Positions 29,717 to 40,284 of a DNA stretch of 64,000 bases are shown here, one piece after another. Position 1 is the stretch's first letter. Each line of letters starts with the position of its first letter. Source of the stretch: Candidatus Marinacidobacterium sp. (lineage in GTDB: Bacteria; Acidobacteriota; Vicinamibacteria; Marinacidobacterales; Marinacidobacteraceae); NCBI GenBank assembly GCA_965220965.1, contig OZ244852.1:480001-544000 (forward strand), given 5' to 3'. A program made the position numbers and the translations under genes. The notes under the pieces are model-generated. The model made no database searches. It was not told where the DNA came from and saw only the letters and a list, made by a program, of their open reading frames with translations.

Positions 29717-30943
29717 GTGAGTTCGCCCCGCTTCCCCGGCTCGACCGGTTTCGACGGCGCGCCGCTGGTGACGCTCTACGACGAGGAGATCCCGGCCGAC
29801 AACTCCTACGCGTTCTCGCCCGACGAGCTCGAAGAGGACGAGATGATCCTCAACATGGGGCCGCAGCACCCCTCGACCCACGGCGTGCTGCGGATCGAGC
29901 TCAAGACGGATGGCGAGATCATCAAGGACTGCCGCCCCCACATCGGCTATCTCCACCGGAACTTCGAGAAGCACGCCGAGAACATCGACTACCAGGGCGT
30001 TATTCCGTTCACCGACCGCATGGACTACGTGGGCTCGATGGGGAACAGCCTCGCCTACGCGCTGACGGTTGAGAAACTCCTCGGCATCGAGGTCGGGGAA
30101 CGGGTGGCGACCATCCGGATCATCACCGCCGAGCTCCAGCGGATCGCGAGCCACCTGCTCGCGATGGGCACCTACGGGATGGACATCGGCGCGTTCACGC
30201 CGTTCCTGCTCTGCTTCCAGCAGCGCGAGCGCATCCTGGATCTGTTCGAGTGGCTCTGCGGGGCCCGGCTGCTCTACAACTACAACTGGGTCGGGGGGGT
30301 TTCCCACGATCTTCCCGAGGGCTGGACCGGGCGATGCGGTCGATTCCTCGACGAGTTCGTTCCGGTGCTCGATGAGGTCGACCGGCTTCTCAGCCACAAC
30401 AAGATCTTCATCCGGCGCACCGGCGACGTCGGGATCATCACTCCGGAGATGGCCCGCGACTACGCGCTCTCCGGTCCGAACCTGCGAGGTTCGGGGATCT
30501 CGTGGGATCTCCGCCGCGACGACCCCTACCTCGGTTACGAGACCTACGACTTCGATGTCATCACCGCGAGCGGGGCGCACGGTCCGATCGGTTCCTGCTG
30601 GGACCGGTACTTCGTGCGGGTCCGCGAGATGTACGAGAGCGTGAAGATCGTCCGGCAGGCGCTGGAGCGCCTTCCCGCGGAGGGGGATGTCCACGAGAAC
30701 GTTCCCCGGTTCATCCGCCCGCCCGCCGGCGAGGCGTACTGCCGCAGCGAGGCCCCCCGCGGCGAGCTCGGCTTCTACATCGTGGCCGAGCAGAAGAAGC
30801 CGATCCCGTACCGGGTCAAGGGCCGCTCCCCCTGCTTCGTGGCGATGGGGCTCTTCCACGAGATCACCCGGGGCGAGATGATCGCGGACATCATCGCGAT
30901 CATCGGCAGCCTCGACATCGTTCTCGGGGAGATCGACCGGTGA
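29717..30943 (+). CDS. nuoD: NADH-quinone oxidoreductase subunit D
   Basis: [42 protein letters not shown]; no NiFe-binding CxxC. Confidence 0.97.
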   Translation: MSSPRFPGSTGFDGAPLVTLYDEEIPADNSYAFSPDELEEDEMILNMGPQHPSTHGVLRIELKTDGEIIKDCRPHIGYLHRNFEKHAENIDYQGVIPFTDRMDYVGSMGNSLAYALTVEKLLGIEVGERVATIRIITAELQRIASHLLAMGTYGMDIGAFTPFLLCFQQRERILDLFEWLCGARLLYNYNWVGGVSHDLPEGWTGRCGRFLDEFVPVLDEVDRLLSHNKIFIRRTGDVGIITPEMARDYALSGPNLRGSGISWDLRRDDPYLGYETYDFDVITASGAHGPIGSCWDRYFVRVREMYESVKIVRQALERLPAEGDVHENVPRFIRPPAGEAYCRSEAPRGELGFYIVAEQKKPIPYRVKGRSPCFVAMGLFHEITRGEMIADIIAIIGSLDIVLGEIDR

Positions 30944-32091
30944 TCACGCGCTTCCGCCAGATCGAGATGCGGCTCATGGGGCCGCTGTCGGCGATCCCGA
31001 TCGTCCTCGCGGCGGTGGTCCTGACGACGATCGCCGCCTTGCCGCTCGTCTCGGCGACGCTCTCCGAGTGGATCCGCGACGCGGTTCCGCCCGCCTTCCA
31101 GCACCTGATCGCGGTGACGCTCGGCACGGTCGGGTTCGTGGCGATTCTGGCGCTGAACCCGATCTACGCGATCTGGCTGGAGCGCAAGGTGGCGGCCCAC
31201 GTCCAGGACCGGCTGGGCCCCATGCGCGTCGGCTGGCACGGGCTGCTCCAGAGCTTCGCCGACGGCGTGAAGCTGCTCTTCAAGGAGGATCTGGTCCCGA
31301 GGGACTCCGACCGCCTCCTGTTCCGCGCGGCGCCGATGGTTGCGATCGCGGCGGCGTTCGCCGCCTTCGTGGTGATTCCCTGGGGCGTTCGGGCCGACGG
31401 CGCTGTCCTCGCGGTCTCGAACCTGAACATCGGCGTCCTCTACGTGCTCGCGATCACCTCGCTCGGGGCGCTCTCCGTCCTGATGGCGGGGTGGGGTTCG
31501 AACAACAAGTACGCCCTCTACGGCGGCATGCGCGCCGCCGCGCAGATGGTCAGCTACGAAATCCCCACCGCGATCCTGGTGCTCGTGGTGGTGGCGCAGG
31601 TCGGGAGCCTTTCGCTGCCCGAAATCGTGGCGGCCCAGCAGGGCGGTTTCCTCGGCGTCTCGAACTGGTTCATCTTCCAGTTGTTCCCGCTGAACCTGAT
31701 CGCTTTCGTGCTGTTCTTCATCTGCGGCCTCGCCGAGACGAACCGGACGCCCTTCGACATCCCCGAAGCCGAGTCCGAGCTGGTTGCCGGTTTCCACACC
31801 GAGTACAGCGGGATGCGTTTCGCGTTCTTCTTCCTGGCCGAGTACGGGAACATGCTGCTGGTCTCGATGCTGGCGGCGCTTCTGTTCCTGGGTGGATGGG
31901 TCGGCCCGGTCGGTTCGAATCCGCTTCTCCTCTTCGCCAAGGGGTTTGGCCTGGTCGTCGTGCAGATGTGGCTGCGCTGGACGCTCCCCCGCCTGCGGGT
32001 GGATCAGCTCATGGCCGTCTGCTGGAAGTACGTCATTCCCATGTCGTTCTTCCTGCTGGTGGTCGTCGCCATCCTCCGGAGCCTCGGCTGA
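30940..32091 (+). CDS. nuoH: NADH-quinone oxidoreductase subunit H
   Basis: [41 protein letters not shown]. Confidence 0.96.
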   Translation: MITRFRQIEMRLMGPLSAIPIVLAAVVLTTIAALPLVSATLSEWIRDAVPPAFQHLIAVTLGTVGFVAILALNPIYAIWLERKVAAHVQDRLGPMRVGWHGLLQSFADGVKLLFKEDLVPRDSDRLLFRAAPMVAIAAAFAAFVVIPWGVRADGAVLAVSNLNIGVLYVLAITSLGALSVLMAGWGSNNKYALYGGMRAAAQMVSYEIPTAILVLVVVAQVGSLSLPEIVAAQQGGFLGVSNWFIFQLFPLNLIAFVLFFICGLAETNRTPFDIPEAESELVAGFHTEYSGMRFAFFFLAEYGNMLLVSMLAALLFLGGWVGPVGSNPLLLFAKGFGLVVVQMWLRWTLPRLRVDQLMAVCWKYVIPMSFFLLVVVAILRSLG

Positions 32092-32166
32092 TCGCCCCCG
32101 CCTTTCCTCCCACTCCCGATTGCCCATCCTGATCATGGATACCCACCGAATCCCCCGCGAAACCCG

Positions 32167-32694
32167 ATGAAGCGCTATTTCCTCGACATCTGGGAGAGCC
32201 TCAGCACGGTGCTGATCGGCATGGGAGTCACGGCCCGCCATATCTTCACCCGGTCCGTGACGCAGCAGTACACCGGTGACGAGCTTCCCGGGGAGCGCTG
32301 GAAGTCGCCGCTCGATATTCCGAAGGAAGAGCTCATGGAGCGCTCGCGGATGCGTCTCCACGTGAAGATCGAGGACTGCATCGGTTGCAAACAGTGCGAG
32401 CGCGCCTGTCCGGTGGATTGCATCCATATCGAGAACGAGAAGCGGCTGCGCACCGCTCCGCCGATCTTCGCGGCGGATGGAACGGCCATCAAGCAGACGG
32501 TGGTGCAGTTCGACATCGACATGTCGCTTTGCTGTTACTGCCAGCTCTGCGTTTTCCCCTGTCCCACCGACTGCATCGAGATGACCCCGAACTTCGAGTT
32601 CGGCGGCCAGGCCAAGGGCGATCTGCTCTATCGCTTCGCCAAGGAGCCGCGCACCGCGGAGCCGGCTTCGCCGCCCGCCCGCCCCGGCGCCTGA
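32167..32694 (+). CDS. nuoI: NADH-quinone oxidoreductase subunit I
   Basis: [12 protein letters not shown] and [12 protein letters not shown]. Confidence 0.94.
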   Translation: MKRYFLDIWESLSTVLIGMGVTARHIFTRSVTQQYTGDELPGERWKSPLDIPKEELMERSRMRLHVKIEDCIGCKQCERACPVDCIHIENEKRLRTAPPIFAADGTAIKQTVVQFDIDMSLCCYCQLCVFPCPTDCIEMTPNFEFGGQAKGDLLYRFAKEPRTAEPASPPARPGA

Positions 32695-32720
32695 AACCGG
32701 TTGCTGACGGAGGAAAGCTG

Positions 32721-33227
32721 ATGGAGACCCTGGCGGCGCAGGTCATCTTCTACGGGACCTGCCTGCTCACGATCGGCTCTGCGCTGTATGTGGTGCTCGG
32801 CAGGAACCTGGTCCACAGCGCCTTCGCGCTGGTTGCGGCGTTTTTTGGCGTGGCCGTGTTCTATGTCTTTCTGGGGGCCGATTTCCTCGCCGGCGCCCAG
32901 GTGCTGATCTACGTCGGCGGCATCCTCACCCTGCTCCTGTTCGGAGTCATGCTGACGAACCGGATCTACGACCTGAACATCCGGACGGGCGCCGTCCAGG
33001 TGGTTCCGGGAGCGATTGCGGCGGGGCTGGTGTTCGCGGTGCTTGTCTGGATCATCCGGGCGGTCGACTGGGGCGCGCTCGACACCGGAGACCCCGGCCC
33101 GACCAGCGAGGGCATCGGACGGCTGCTGGTGGGGGACTACCTGCTCCCGTTCGAGATCGCATCGGTCCTGCTGCTCATCGCGCTCATGGGCGCCGCGATG
33201 CTGGTGCGGCGGAGGTCCCGGCCGTGA
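32721..33227 (+). CDS. nuoJ: NADH-quinone oxidoreductase subunit J
   Basis: NLVHSAF, QVLIYVGGI, YLLPFEIASVLLL. Confidence 0.95.
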   Translation: METLAAQVIFYGTCLLTIGSALYVVLGRNLVHSAFALVAAFFGVAVFYVFLGADFLAGAQVLIYVGGILTLLLFGVMLTNRIYDLNIRTGAVQVVPGAIAAGLVFAVLVWIIRAVDWGALDTGDPGPTSEGIGRLLVGDYLLPFEIASVLLLIALMGAAMLVRRRSRP

Positions 33228-33529
33228 TTCCGCTCGAGCACTACCTGATCCTCTCGGCCGCGCTGTTCTCGGTCGGCGTCTTTGGCGTGCTGACCCGGCG
33301 TAACGCCGTGAACGTTCTGATGTCGATCGAGCTCATCTTCAACTCGGCCAACATCAATCTGGTCGCGTTCTCGCGCTTCATCGAGGGAGCGCTCGGCGGT
33401 CAGGTGTTCGCCCTGCTGGTGATCGTGGTGGCCGCGTGCGAGGCGGCGGTGGCGCTGGCGATCGTGATGTCGCTGTATCGCATTACGAAGCAGGTGAACC
33501 TCGACCAGGCTGCGGAGCTCAAGGGGTAA
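33224..33529 (+). CDS. nuoK: NADH-quinone oxidoreductase subunit K
   Basis: RRNAVNVLMSIEL, VAACEAAVALA. Confidence 0.96.
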   Translation: MIPLEHYLILSAALFSVGVFGVLTRRNAVNVLMSIELIFNSANINLVAFSRFIEGALGGQVFALLVIVVAACEAAVALAIVMSLYRITKQVNLDQAAELKG

Positions 33530-33532
33530 GCC

Positions 33533-35026
33533 GTGTCCGACGCGATCCAGAGCCTCGGGCGATTCCTCCCCGAGCTTGTCCTCATGGGTGCGCTCGCGGT
33601 CGTCATCGTGGCCGACCTCGCCACGCAGTCGTGGTCGCTCGCCCGAAGCCGCAGCCTGCTGACCGGGCTGACGCTGGTCGGTCTGGGCGCCGCGCTCGTC
33701 GCGTCGTTCGTCGGGGAGCCCGGCGGCGGCAGCCTGTTCGCCTCGATGGTGGCCGACGACGGTCTGCTCGGAGTGCTCCGGCCGCTGTTCGCGCTGACCT
33801 CGATCTTCGTGCTGTTGTTCGCCGTCCGGTCGAAAGAGCTCGACGGGGCGCGGATGGGCGAGATGGTCGCCCTCCTGCTCACCGTGACCGCCGCGCTGAT
33901 GTGGATGGCGGGTTCGGTGAACCTGGTCATGATCTACCTCTCGCTCGAGACGGTCTCGGTGGCCTCCTACATCATGGTGGGCTACCTGAGTTCGGACCGG
34001 CTCTCGAACGAGGCGTCGCTCAAGTACATCCTCTTCGGCGCGATCTCCACCGGGGTCATGCTCTTCGGGCTGTCGCTGCTCTACGGGCTGACCGGGACGC
34101 TGGACCTCTACGGCGTGCGGGCCGCGCTCGCCGGCGGGGAGAACGGTCCGGCGCTGATCCTCGTCCTCCTGCTCGTCGCTGGCGGAATCGGCTTCAAGAT
34201 CGCGGCCGTTCCGTTCCACTTCTGGTGTCCGGACGTCTACACCGGCGCGCCGACGCCGGTGACCGCCTTCCTGTCGGTGGGACCCAAGGCCGCAGGTTTC
34301 GCGGTCCTGATCCGGTTCTTCTTCTCCGGGCTCTCGGAGCCGGGCGCCGAAGGGGTCTTCGTTCCGATCGGCGGCGTGGACTGGCAGGGCCTCGTGATCG
34401 TCCTGGCGGTCATCACGATGACGCTCGGGAACGTGGCGGCCCTGCTCCAGACGAACGTGAAGCGGCTGCTCGCCTACTCGTCGATCGCCCACGCCGGAAC
34501 GATGCTCATCGGGGCCGCGGCGCTCACCGCCGAGGGGATCGGGTCGATCGTTCTCTACCTGGTGATCTACCTGTTCATGAACCTGGGCGCGTTCCTCGTC
34601 GTGATCCTCGCGCACCGGGTCACCGGGACCTTCGAACTCTCCGGCTACGCCGGGTTCTGGAAGCGGTCGCCGATGCTCACGATCGCCATGGGAGTCTTCC
34701 TCTTCTCCCTGATGGGGATCCCGCCGTTCGCCGGCTTCCTCGCCAAGCTGTACGTGTTTGCGGCCGCGATCAGCGCCGGGCTCGGGTGGCTCGCGGTGGT
34801 CGGCGTCCTTAACAGCGCGGTGGCGGCGTTCTACTACATCAAGGTCCTGCGGATCATGGTGGTGGACAGCGGGACGGCTGACGCCGAACTTCCGGCTCTC
34901 CGCTTCACCCGTCTGGACGCCGCGCTGCTGTTCTTCCTCGTTGTCCCCAACCTCATTGGGATACTATTCGGCAGCCCGCTGGAAAGGATCAGCGAGGTCG
35001 CCCAGCGCCTGCTCGAGATCGCCTGA
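33533..35026 (+). CDS. nuoN: NADH-quinone oxidoreductase subunit N
   Basis: SNEASLKYILFGA, FKIAAVPFHFWCPDVYTGAP, KRLLAYSSIAH, GIPPFAGFLAK. Confidence 0.95.
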   Translation: MSDAIQSLGRFLPELVLMGALAVVIVADLATQSWSLARSRSLLTGLTLVGLGAALVASFVGEPGGGSLFASMVADDGLLGVLRPLFALTSIFVLLFAVRSKELDGARMGEMVALLLTVTAALMWMAGSVNLVMIYLSLETVSVASYIMVGYLSSDRLSNEASLKYILFGAISTGVMLFGLSLLYGLTGTLDLYGVRAALAGGENGPALILVLLLVAGGIGFKIAAVPFHFWCPDVYTGAPTPVTAFLSVGPKAAGFAVLIRFFFSGLSEPGAEGVFVPIGGVDWQGLVIVLAVITMTLGNVAALLQTNVKRLLAYSSIAHAGTMLIGAAALTAEGIGSIVLYLVIYLFMNLGAFLVVILAHRVTGTFELSGYAGFWKRSPMLTIAMGVFLFSLMGIPPFAGFLAKLYVFAAAISAGLGWLAVVGVLNSAVAAFYYIKVLRIMVVDSGTADAELPALRFTRLDAALLFFLVVPNLIGILFGSPLERISEVAQRLLEIA

Positions 35027-35119
35027 TCTCACCGAGTTGACGCCGGTCAGGCCGCGCTTCCGGCGTGCTTCCCGGTAACCCGCACCACTCCCGCCCTCGC
35101 AAGGAGGTCGCCCCCGTCC

Positions 35120-35377
35120 ATGTCGTACTGGATCGCTGAACCCTGCATCGGAACCAAGGACACCGCCTGTGTCGACGTGTGTCCGGTGGACTGCATCCAC
35201 CCCACGTCCGACGAAGACGGGTTCGAGGAGGCCACGCAGCTCTACATCGACCCGGACACCTGCATCGACTGTGGGGCGTGCGAACCGGCGTGCCCGGTGA
35301 CCGCCATCTTCCCCGATGAGGAACTGCCCGAGGAGTGGGCCGAGTACCGGGACATCAACACGAACTTCTACGCCTGA
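35120..35377 (+). CDS. Dicluster ferredoxin (7Fe/FdxA-like)
   Basis: CIGTKDTACVDVCPVDC and CIDCGACEPACP; AAGGAGG RBS. Confidence 0.93.
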   Translation: MSYWIAEPCIGTKDTACVDVCPVDCIHPTSDEDGFEEATQLYIDPDTCIDCGACEPACPVTAIFPDEELPEEWAEYRDINTNFYA

Positions 35378-35433
35378 GGTCCGGACGCCGGCCGGGCGAA
35401 GCGGGCTGGCCCGGCCGGGCTGTTGATTGCCGC

Positions 35434-36708
35434 TTGAGGAAACCTCGCGGCGCGTTCGTCGTCGCGCTCTTCCTTTCGGTTGCGGCCTCCTGCGCGAGTG
35501 GGGGTTCCTCGCTCGTCCTTCCGGACTCCGCGGCGATCGCCGCCGGCGAGGCGGCTCGCGCTGAGTTCGGGGAGTCCCGATCCCCTTATCCGGACGGGGA
35601 TCTGGCCGCGAGAGTCACGGCCATGGCGCAGCCGGTTCTTGCGGCCGCGCTGGGCCCGGGTTCGACGGAGGCCGATGCGGCCGAGGGCTGGCGTATCGAG
35701 GTCCTCGACTCCCCGGAGCCGGGCGCCTTCCTCTTCGCGGACCGCTCGCTGCTGCTCTCGCGAGGCGCCCTCGCGGCGCTGGCGGACCGGTCCGCCTTCG
35801 ATTCGCTCATCGCCGAGGTCGCCGCGCGGTTCGCCAGCGGTTCGTTCCGCGCCGACGGCGGCGCGGCGCTCGTCGAGCAGCCCCTTTCCTTCGCGCTTCC
35901 CGAGGTCGAGACGCGGGCGGCGGAAGAGGCCGCGGATCCGGAGGAGTGGATTTCGCTCGTTTCCGGCCTGGTCTACGGCGAGCGGCCGGAGTTCGGGGTG
36001 GCCGCCCGGGACCGGCTCCTCCTGCCCCGGTCCGACCTGGAGCTGACGCTCGCCCCGCCGGGCCGGTTCGAACGAAGGGGCCGCCGACAGTTCCGCGCGC
36101 GGCTCGGGGGGCCGTCCGTCCCTGGTCCATGGGTCACGGTCCGCGAGCGACCGCTGGCCGCGACGGCGCCGCCGTTCGACGCCGGGCTGCGCGCGGAGAG
36201 GGCGCTGGTCGCGGGCCTGGCGTCCCGTCTCGCCGCCGAAGCGGCCGCAGAGGGGCTCGAAGCCACGCTCACCGAGGTCGTCCGGGTCCGCGGCTTCGTC
36301 GGCGTCCGGACCCGGATGGGGTCCGCGGGACCCGCGGCCGAAGTCTCCCGGCTCGTCGCGCTGCTACGGGCCCCCGGGGCGCTCGTCGAGGTGTCCGTCG
36401 ACTGCGGCGATAGGAGCCTTTCCGATTGCGAAGCCCCATGGCTCGCGGTGCTGGAGACGGCGGACCGGCTCTGGGCGACGCCGGTTCCCGGGCCGCGACG
36501 GCTCAGAGCGCACCGCGTGGAGCGCGGCGGCGAGGCGCGGAGCGTCATCGAGCGACTCGCCGGCTCCGGGGTCAGCGACGCCAGCGAGAGCGAGCTTCTC
36601 TGGCTGAACCGCGGTTGGCTGGACCGGGATCTCGCTCCCGGAGACGTGATCCTCATCGTCGTCCGTGATCCTCCCCCGGCTGCGTCGCGCAGGGCGCCGG
36701 CGCCGTGA
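35434..36708 (+). CDS. Putative lipoprotein resembling an M48 peptidase but lacking HExxH
   Basis: Lipobox-like VAASC; VLDSPEPGAF..LLSRGALAAL; GLVYGERPEFG; LysM-like tail; start uncertain. Confidence 0.55.
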   Translation: MRKPRGAFVVALFLSVAASCASGGSSLVLPDSAAIAAGEAARAEFGESRSPYPDGDLAARVTAMAQPVLAAALGPGSTEADAAEGWRIEVLDSPEPGAFLFADRSLLLSRGALAALADRSAFDSLIAEVAARFASGSFRADGGAALVEQPLSFALPEVETRAAEEAADPEEWISLVSGLVYGERPEFGVAARDRLLLPRSDLELTLAPPGRFERRGRRQFRARLGGPSVPGPWVTVRERPLAATAPPFDAGLRAERALVAGLASRLAAEAAAEGLEATLTEVVRVRGFVGVRTRMGSAGPAAEVSRLVALLRAPGALVEVSVDCGDRSLSDCEAPWLAVLETADRLWATPVPGPRRLRAHRVERGGEARSVIERLAGSGVSDASESELLWLNRGWLDRDLAPGDVILIVVRDPPPAASRRAPAP

Positions 36709-37832
36709 GCGCCGCGCCGGCCGGGAGCGGCCGAGGCGTCGGACCCCGGTTCCCGATCCGGATCCACTCCTCGTGGCTCCTGTTGACGGCGGTCCTCTCC
36801 GCCCTGTTCGCGGTGATCTACTTCCGCGCCGACACCGGCGTCTCCACGGTGGCGGCCGCCACGATGGGCGTTCTCACCAGCGCGCTGCTCTTCGCTTCGG
36901 TGCTCGTCCACGAGCTCGCCCATGCCGTCGCCGCGCGCCGCCAGGGCCTCGAGGTGAAGCGCATCACCCTCAAGGTCTTCGGAGGGAACACCGAACTCGT
37001 CCGGGATCCGTCAGATCCGGCTTCCGAGCTGCGGATCGCGCTCGCCGGTCCGGTTGCGACCCTGGTCCTGCTCGTCGCCTTTGCGGTCCCCGGCTTCGCG
37101 ATCGATTCGGTTCCGGCCGCCGCGCGGGCGGTCGCTTCGAACCTCGCGCTCATCAACGCGCTGCTGCTCGCCTTCAACCTGATTCCGGCCATCCCGCTCG
37201 ACGGCGGCCGCATCCTCCGGGCGGTGCTCTGGGCGCTTTGGGGGAAGCCGGCGGCGGCGACCCGTGCGGTGACGGCGGCGGGCCGGTCCTTCGGGTTCCT
37301 CTTCGTCGCTTTCGGCGTCCTCGCGCTCTTCGCGGGAGGCGCGACGGGTGAGGGGGCCCGCCTCGTCTTCGGCGCCGGGTTCGTGCTGATCGGGCTCCAC
37401 CTTCGCGGCGCCGCCGCGCACGTCGCCCGACACCTGTGGATCGCCGACTCGCTTCACGGCGTCACCGCGGACAACCTGCTCGACTACCGGATCCTCACCG
37501 CCGAGCGGAACGCCACCGGACACGACCTCGCCGCCATGGGAACCCGGCACGCGGACATCCCGGTGGTCGACGACACGCGCCTGGTGGGCGCGGTTCGCCT
37601 CGCGGATCTTCTTGGGCGTCCGACCGAGACCTGGGGAGATCTGACGGCCGAGGGCCTGATGCGCACCGACATCATCGACCGGACCGTGGCGCCCACCGAC
37701 GCCGCGACGGCGCTGCTCCCGTTGTTCGCCGAGGGGCGTCGCTCCATCGCGGTGGTGGATGACGCGGATCTCGTCGGTTTCATCACCCTCGACACCTTCA
37801 GGAAACGTCTCTCGCTGCGCTCCGGAAGCTGA
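36705..37832 (+). CDS. Site-2 (M50) protease with CBS domains
   Basis: HELAH, IALAGP, FNLIPAIPLDGGRIL, C-terminal CBS pair. Confidence 0.92.
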   Translation: MSAAPAGSGRGVGPRFPIRIHSSWLLLTAVLSALFAVIYFRADTGVSTVAAATMGVLTSALLFASVLVHELAHAVAARRQGLEVKRITLKVFGGNTELVRDPSDPASELRIALAGPVATLVLLVAFAVPGFAIDSVPAAARAVASNLALINALLLAFNLIPAIPLDGGRILRAVLWALWGKPAAATRAVTAAGRSFGFLFVAFGVLALFAGGATGEGARLVFGAGFVLIGLHLRGAAAHVARHLWIADSLHGVTADNLLDYRILTAERNATGHDLAAMGTRHADIPVVDDTRLVGAVRLADLLGRPTETWGDLTAEGLMRTDIIDRTVAPTDAATALLPLFAEGRRSIAVVDDADLVGFITLDTFRKRLSLRSGS

Positions 37833-37868
37833 CCGGACGCCGCCGCCCCGAAACAAGGAGTCCTGCAC

Positions 37869-38540
37869 ATGGCTTCCGCCGCTCCCGTCTCTCCGCGCAG
37901 CCAGGTGCGGCGGCTCCCCGCCCGCGGCGCCTACGACCGGGAGACCATAGACCCGATCCTCGACGAGGGCCTCGTGGCGCACGTGGGCTTCGTTCACGAC
38001 GGCTCGCCATTCGTCATCCCCATGGGGTACGCCCGCGACGGCGACCGGATCCTCCTTCACGGGTCCGCCGCCAGCCGGCTCATGCGGCTGCTCGCCTCCG
38101 GCGTCGAGGCGGCGGTGGCGGTGACGCTGCTGGACGCCCTGGTCCTCGCCCGCTCCGCGTTCCACCACTCGATGAACTACCGCTCTGTGGTGGCCCTTGG
38201 CCGGACTTCGGAGGTGCGGGAGGAAGCCGCCAAGCGGCGCGCCCTCGACCTGCTCGTCGACCGCCTCGTTCCGGGCCGGCTGGAACACGCCCGCCCGGCG
38301 AACGACCTCGAGCTGCGCGCGACCCTGGTCGCCGAACTCCCCATCCGGGAGGCTTCCGCCAAGACCCGAACGGGTCCTCCCGCGGACGATGACGAGGACA
38401 TGGATCTGCCGCACTGGGCCGGACTGGTCCCCGCGCGGACCGTCTGGGGGCCGCCGGAAGCGGCGCCCGACCTCCGCTCCGGGATCCCGGTTCCACCTCA
38501 CGCCGCGCGCTACGGCCGGCCCCCCTCTGTGGATCGGTAA
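37869..38540 (+). CDS. Pyridoxamine 5'-phosphate oxidase-like flavin-binding protein (NimA-like)
   Basis: LHGSAASR, LARSAFHHSMNYRSVV, SAKTRTGPP. Confidence 0.9.
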   Translation: MASAAPVSPRSQVRRLPARGAYDRETIDPILDEGLVAHVGFVHDGSPFVIPMGYARDGDRILLHGSAASRLMRLLASGVEAAVAVTLLDALVLARSAFHHSMNYRSVVALGRTSEVREEAAKRRALDLLVDRLVPGRLEHARPANDLELRATLVAELPIREASAKTRTGPPADDDEDMDLPHWAGLVPARTVWGPPEAAPDLRSGIPVPPHAARYGRPPSVDR

Positions 38541-38552
38541 ACTCCGCGACCC

Positions 38553-39845
38553 ATGAATAGCGACGCGCGCTCCGACCGGGCGCGGCTGGGGCTGGCGCTC
38601 CTCGCGGCCGTCTTCGGGGCGGTCGTGTCAGCCGTGCTGCTTCTGAGGCACTACGGACTCGACACCGGTTCACTGGCGGCCGCCGCCTGCGATCCGACGA
38701 GTTCGGGATGCACCGAGGTCGCCGCGAGTTCGTGGTCGGCCATCGCGGGGGTCCCGCTCGCCGCCATCGGGCTCGCGTTCTTCGTCTCGATCGGCGTCCT
38801 GCTCGGGCTCGCTCTCCTCGGCGGCATCCAGGTGACGAGCCTTCCGGGAAGGCTCGCCTTCGGGCTGGTGGCTCTCGCGCTCGTCGTCGACCTGTTCCTG
38901 CTGGCGGTCCAGGCATTTTCCATCGGGGCGTTCTGTTCGCTTTGCATCTGGACCTACGGCGCGAATGCGGTGGCCGCCGCCAGCCTTTGGCCGGCGCGGC
39001 GCGGCCTCTCCCTGAGGATGGCCCGTCCGGCGCCGGGCGCCGGTCTCGAGCGCTTCGCGGTGCGGGCGTTCTGGCTCGCCGCCGGGATCGTGGTCGCGGC
39101 GGTGCTCGTCATCAACGACGGCCTGCGGGACCGCGGGGCGGGCGACGATGTGGACGTCTCCATCCTGGGCGTGCGGTCCTCGGGCGCGCCGGATGGGTCG
39201 CCGCTTCTTCCCCCGCTCCAGTCCGCTGGCGCTCCGTCTCAGTGGCGGAACCCGACGTTTCGTCAGGCGCCGGTGGAGGAAGTCAGCCTCGAAGGGGCGC
39301 CCCGCAAGGGCCCCGAGGACGCCCCGGTCAAGATCGTCACGTTCTCCGACTTCATGTGCCCGTCCTGCCGCCGCTTCGCCCTGGCCTACGACCAGTACGT
39401 CGAGGGGCCGACCGGCGCCCACGTCGAGCTCTACTACCGGAACTACCCGCTGGATCCGACCTGCGCCACCCACATCCCCCGGATGGTTCATCCGGGAGCC
39501 TGCGAAGTCGCGCTGGGCGCCGTCTGCGCCCAGCAGCTCGGGAGCTTCTGGGAGTATCACGACGCCGTCTACATCGACCCGCCGACGAACCCGGACCGCG
39601 CCGACGTGGTCCGGATCGGCGTCCAGGCGGGGCTCGACCGGAGCGCTTTCCAGGAGTGTCTCGACGATCCGACGGCCCGGGCGGCGCTCGACCGGGACAT
39701 CGCGGAGGCGGTCCGGTTGACGGTCACCGGAACGCCCACCATCTTCATCAACGGTCGTCGGCTCCGGACCTCGCTGAACGAGTTCGCCGACGCCGTGCTG
39801 TGGGAGCTGGAGAAGGCGGGCATCGAGATCCCGCCCGGCGAATAG
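38553..39845 (+). CDS. VKOR domain fused to DsbA-like thioredoxin domain
   Basis: C..GCTEVAASSWS, FCSLC; FSDFMCPSC, VTGTPTIFINGR. Confidence 0.88.
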   Translation: MNSDARSDRARLGLALLAAVFGAVVSAVLLLRHYGLDTGSLAAAACDPTSSGCTEVAASSWSAIAGVPLAAIGLAFFVSIGVLLGLALLGGIQVTSLPGRLAFGLVALALVVDLFLLAVQAFSIGAFCSLCIWTYGANAVAAASLWPARRGLSLRMARPAPGAGLERFAVRAFWLAAGIVVAAVLVINDGLRDRGAGDDVDVSILGVRSSGAPDGSPLLPPLQSAGAPSQWRNPTFRQAPVEEVSLEGAPRKGPEDAPVKIVTFSDFMCPSCRRFALAYDQYVEGPTGAHVELYYRNYPLDPTCATHIPRMVHPGACEVALGAVCAQQLGSFWEYHDAVYIDPPTNPDRADVVRIGVQAGLDRSAFQECLDDPTARAALDRDIAEAVRLTVTGTPTIFINGRRLRTSLNEFADAVLWELEKAGIEIPPGE

Positions 39846-39879
39846 CCGTCCGGCGCCGGACGGGAAGGGGAGGAGACCC

Positions 39880-40284
39880 ATGCACGAGGTGAACTATCTC
39901 GCCGTCCTGGTGGCGGGACTGATCCCGATGGTTGTCGGATCGCTCTGGTACGGCCCGGTCTTCGGCAAGCGCTGGCTGGCGCTCATGGAGACGACCGAAG
40001 AGGAGATCGCGAAGGGCTTCAACCCGCTGAAGACCTACGGCGGCTCGCTTCTCCTCTCGCTGGTGACCGCCTGGGTGCTCGCCCAGCTCCTCGCCGGCGT
40101 GGGCGCCGGGGGCGTTCTCCCCGCGGTCCACGTGGTCCTGCTGATCGTCGTCGGCATCGTCGTCCCGTTGGCGCACCAGTCGGTCACGTTCGAACGGCGC
40201 AAGACCGGGCTCGCCGCGCTCAGCGTCGGCTACAACCTGACCGCGCTCCTCGGCCAGGCCATTCTGCTCTCGGTCTGGACCTGA
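39880..40284 (+). CDS. DUF1761-family membrane protein
   Basis: NYLAVLVA..GSLWYGPVFGKRW; four TM segments. Confidence 0.85.
   Translation: MHEVNYLAVLVAGLIPMVVGSLWYGPVFGKRWLALMETTEEEIAKGFNPLKTYGGSLLLSLVTAWVLAQLLAGVGAGGVLPAVHVVLLIVVGIVVPLAHQSVTFERRKTGLAALSVGYNLTALLGQAILLSVWT

Noticed and set aside
28613-30943. Group 4 NiFe hydrogenase (single antiporter subunit)
   Set aside because: The large subunit lacks Ni-binding CxxC motifs and has the quinone-site motifs of NuoD; NuoB has tandem CC.
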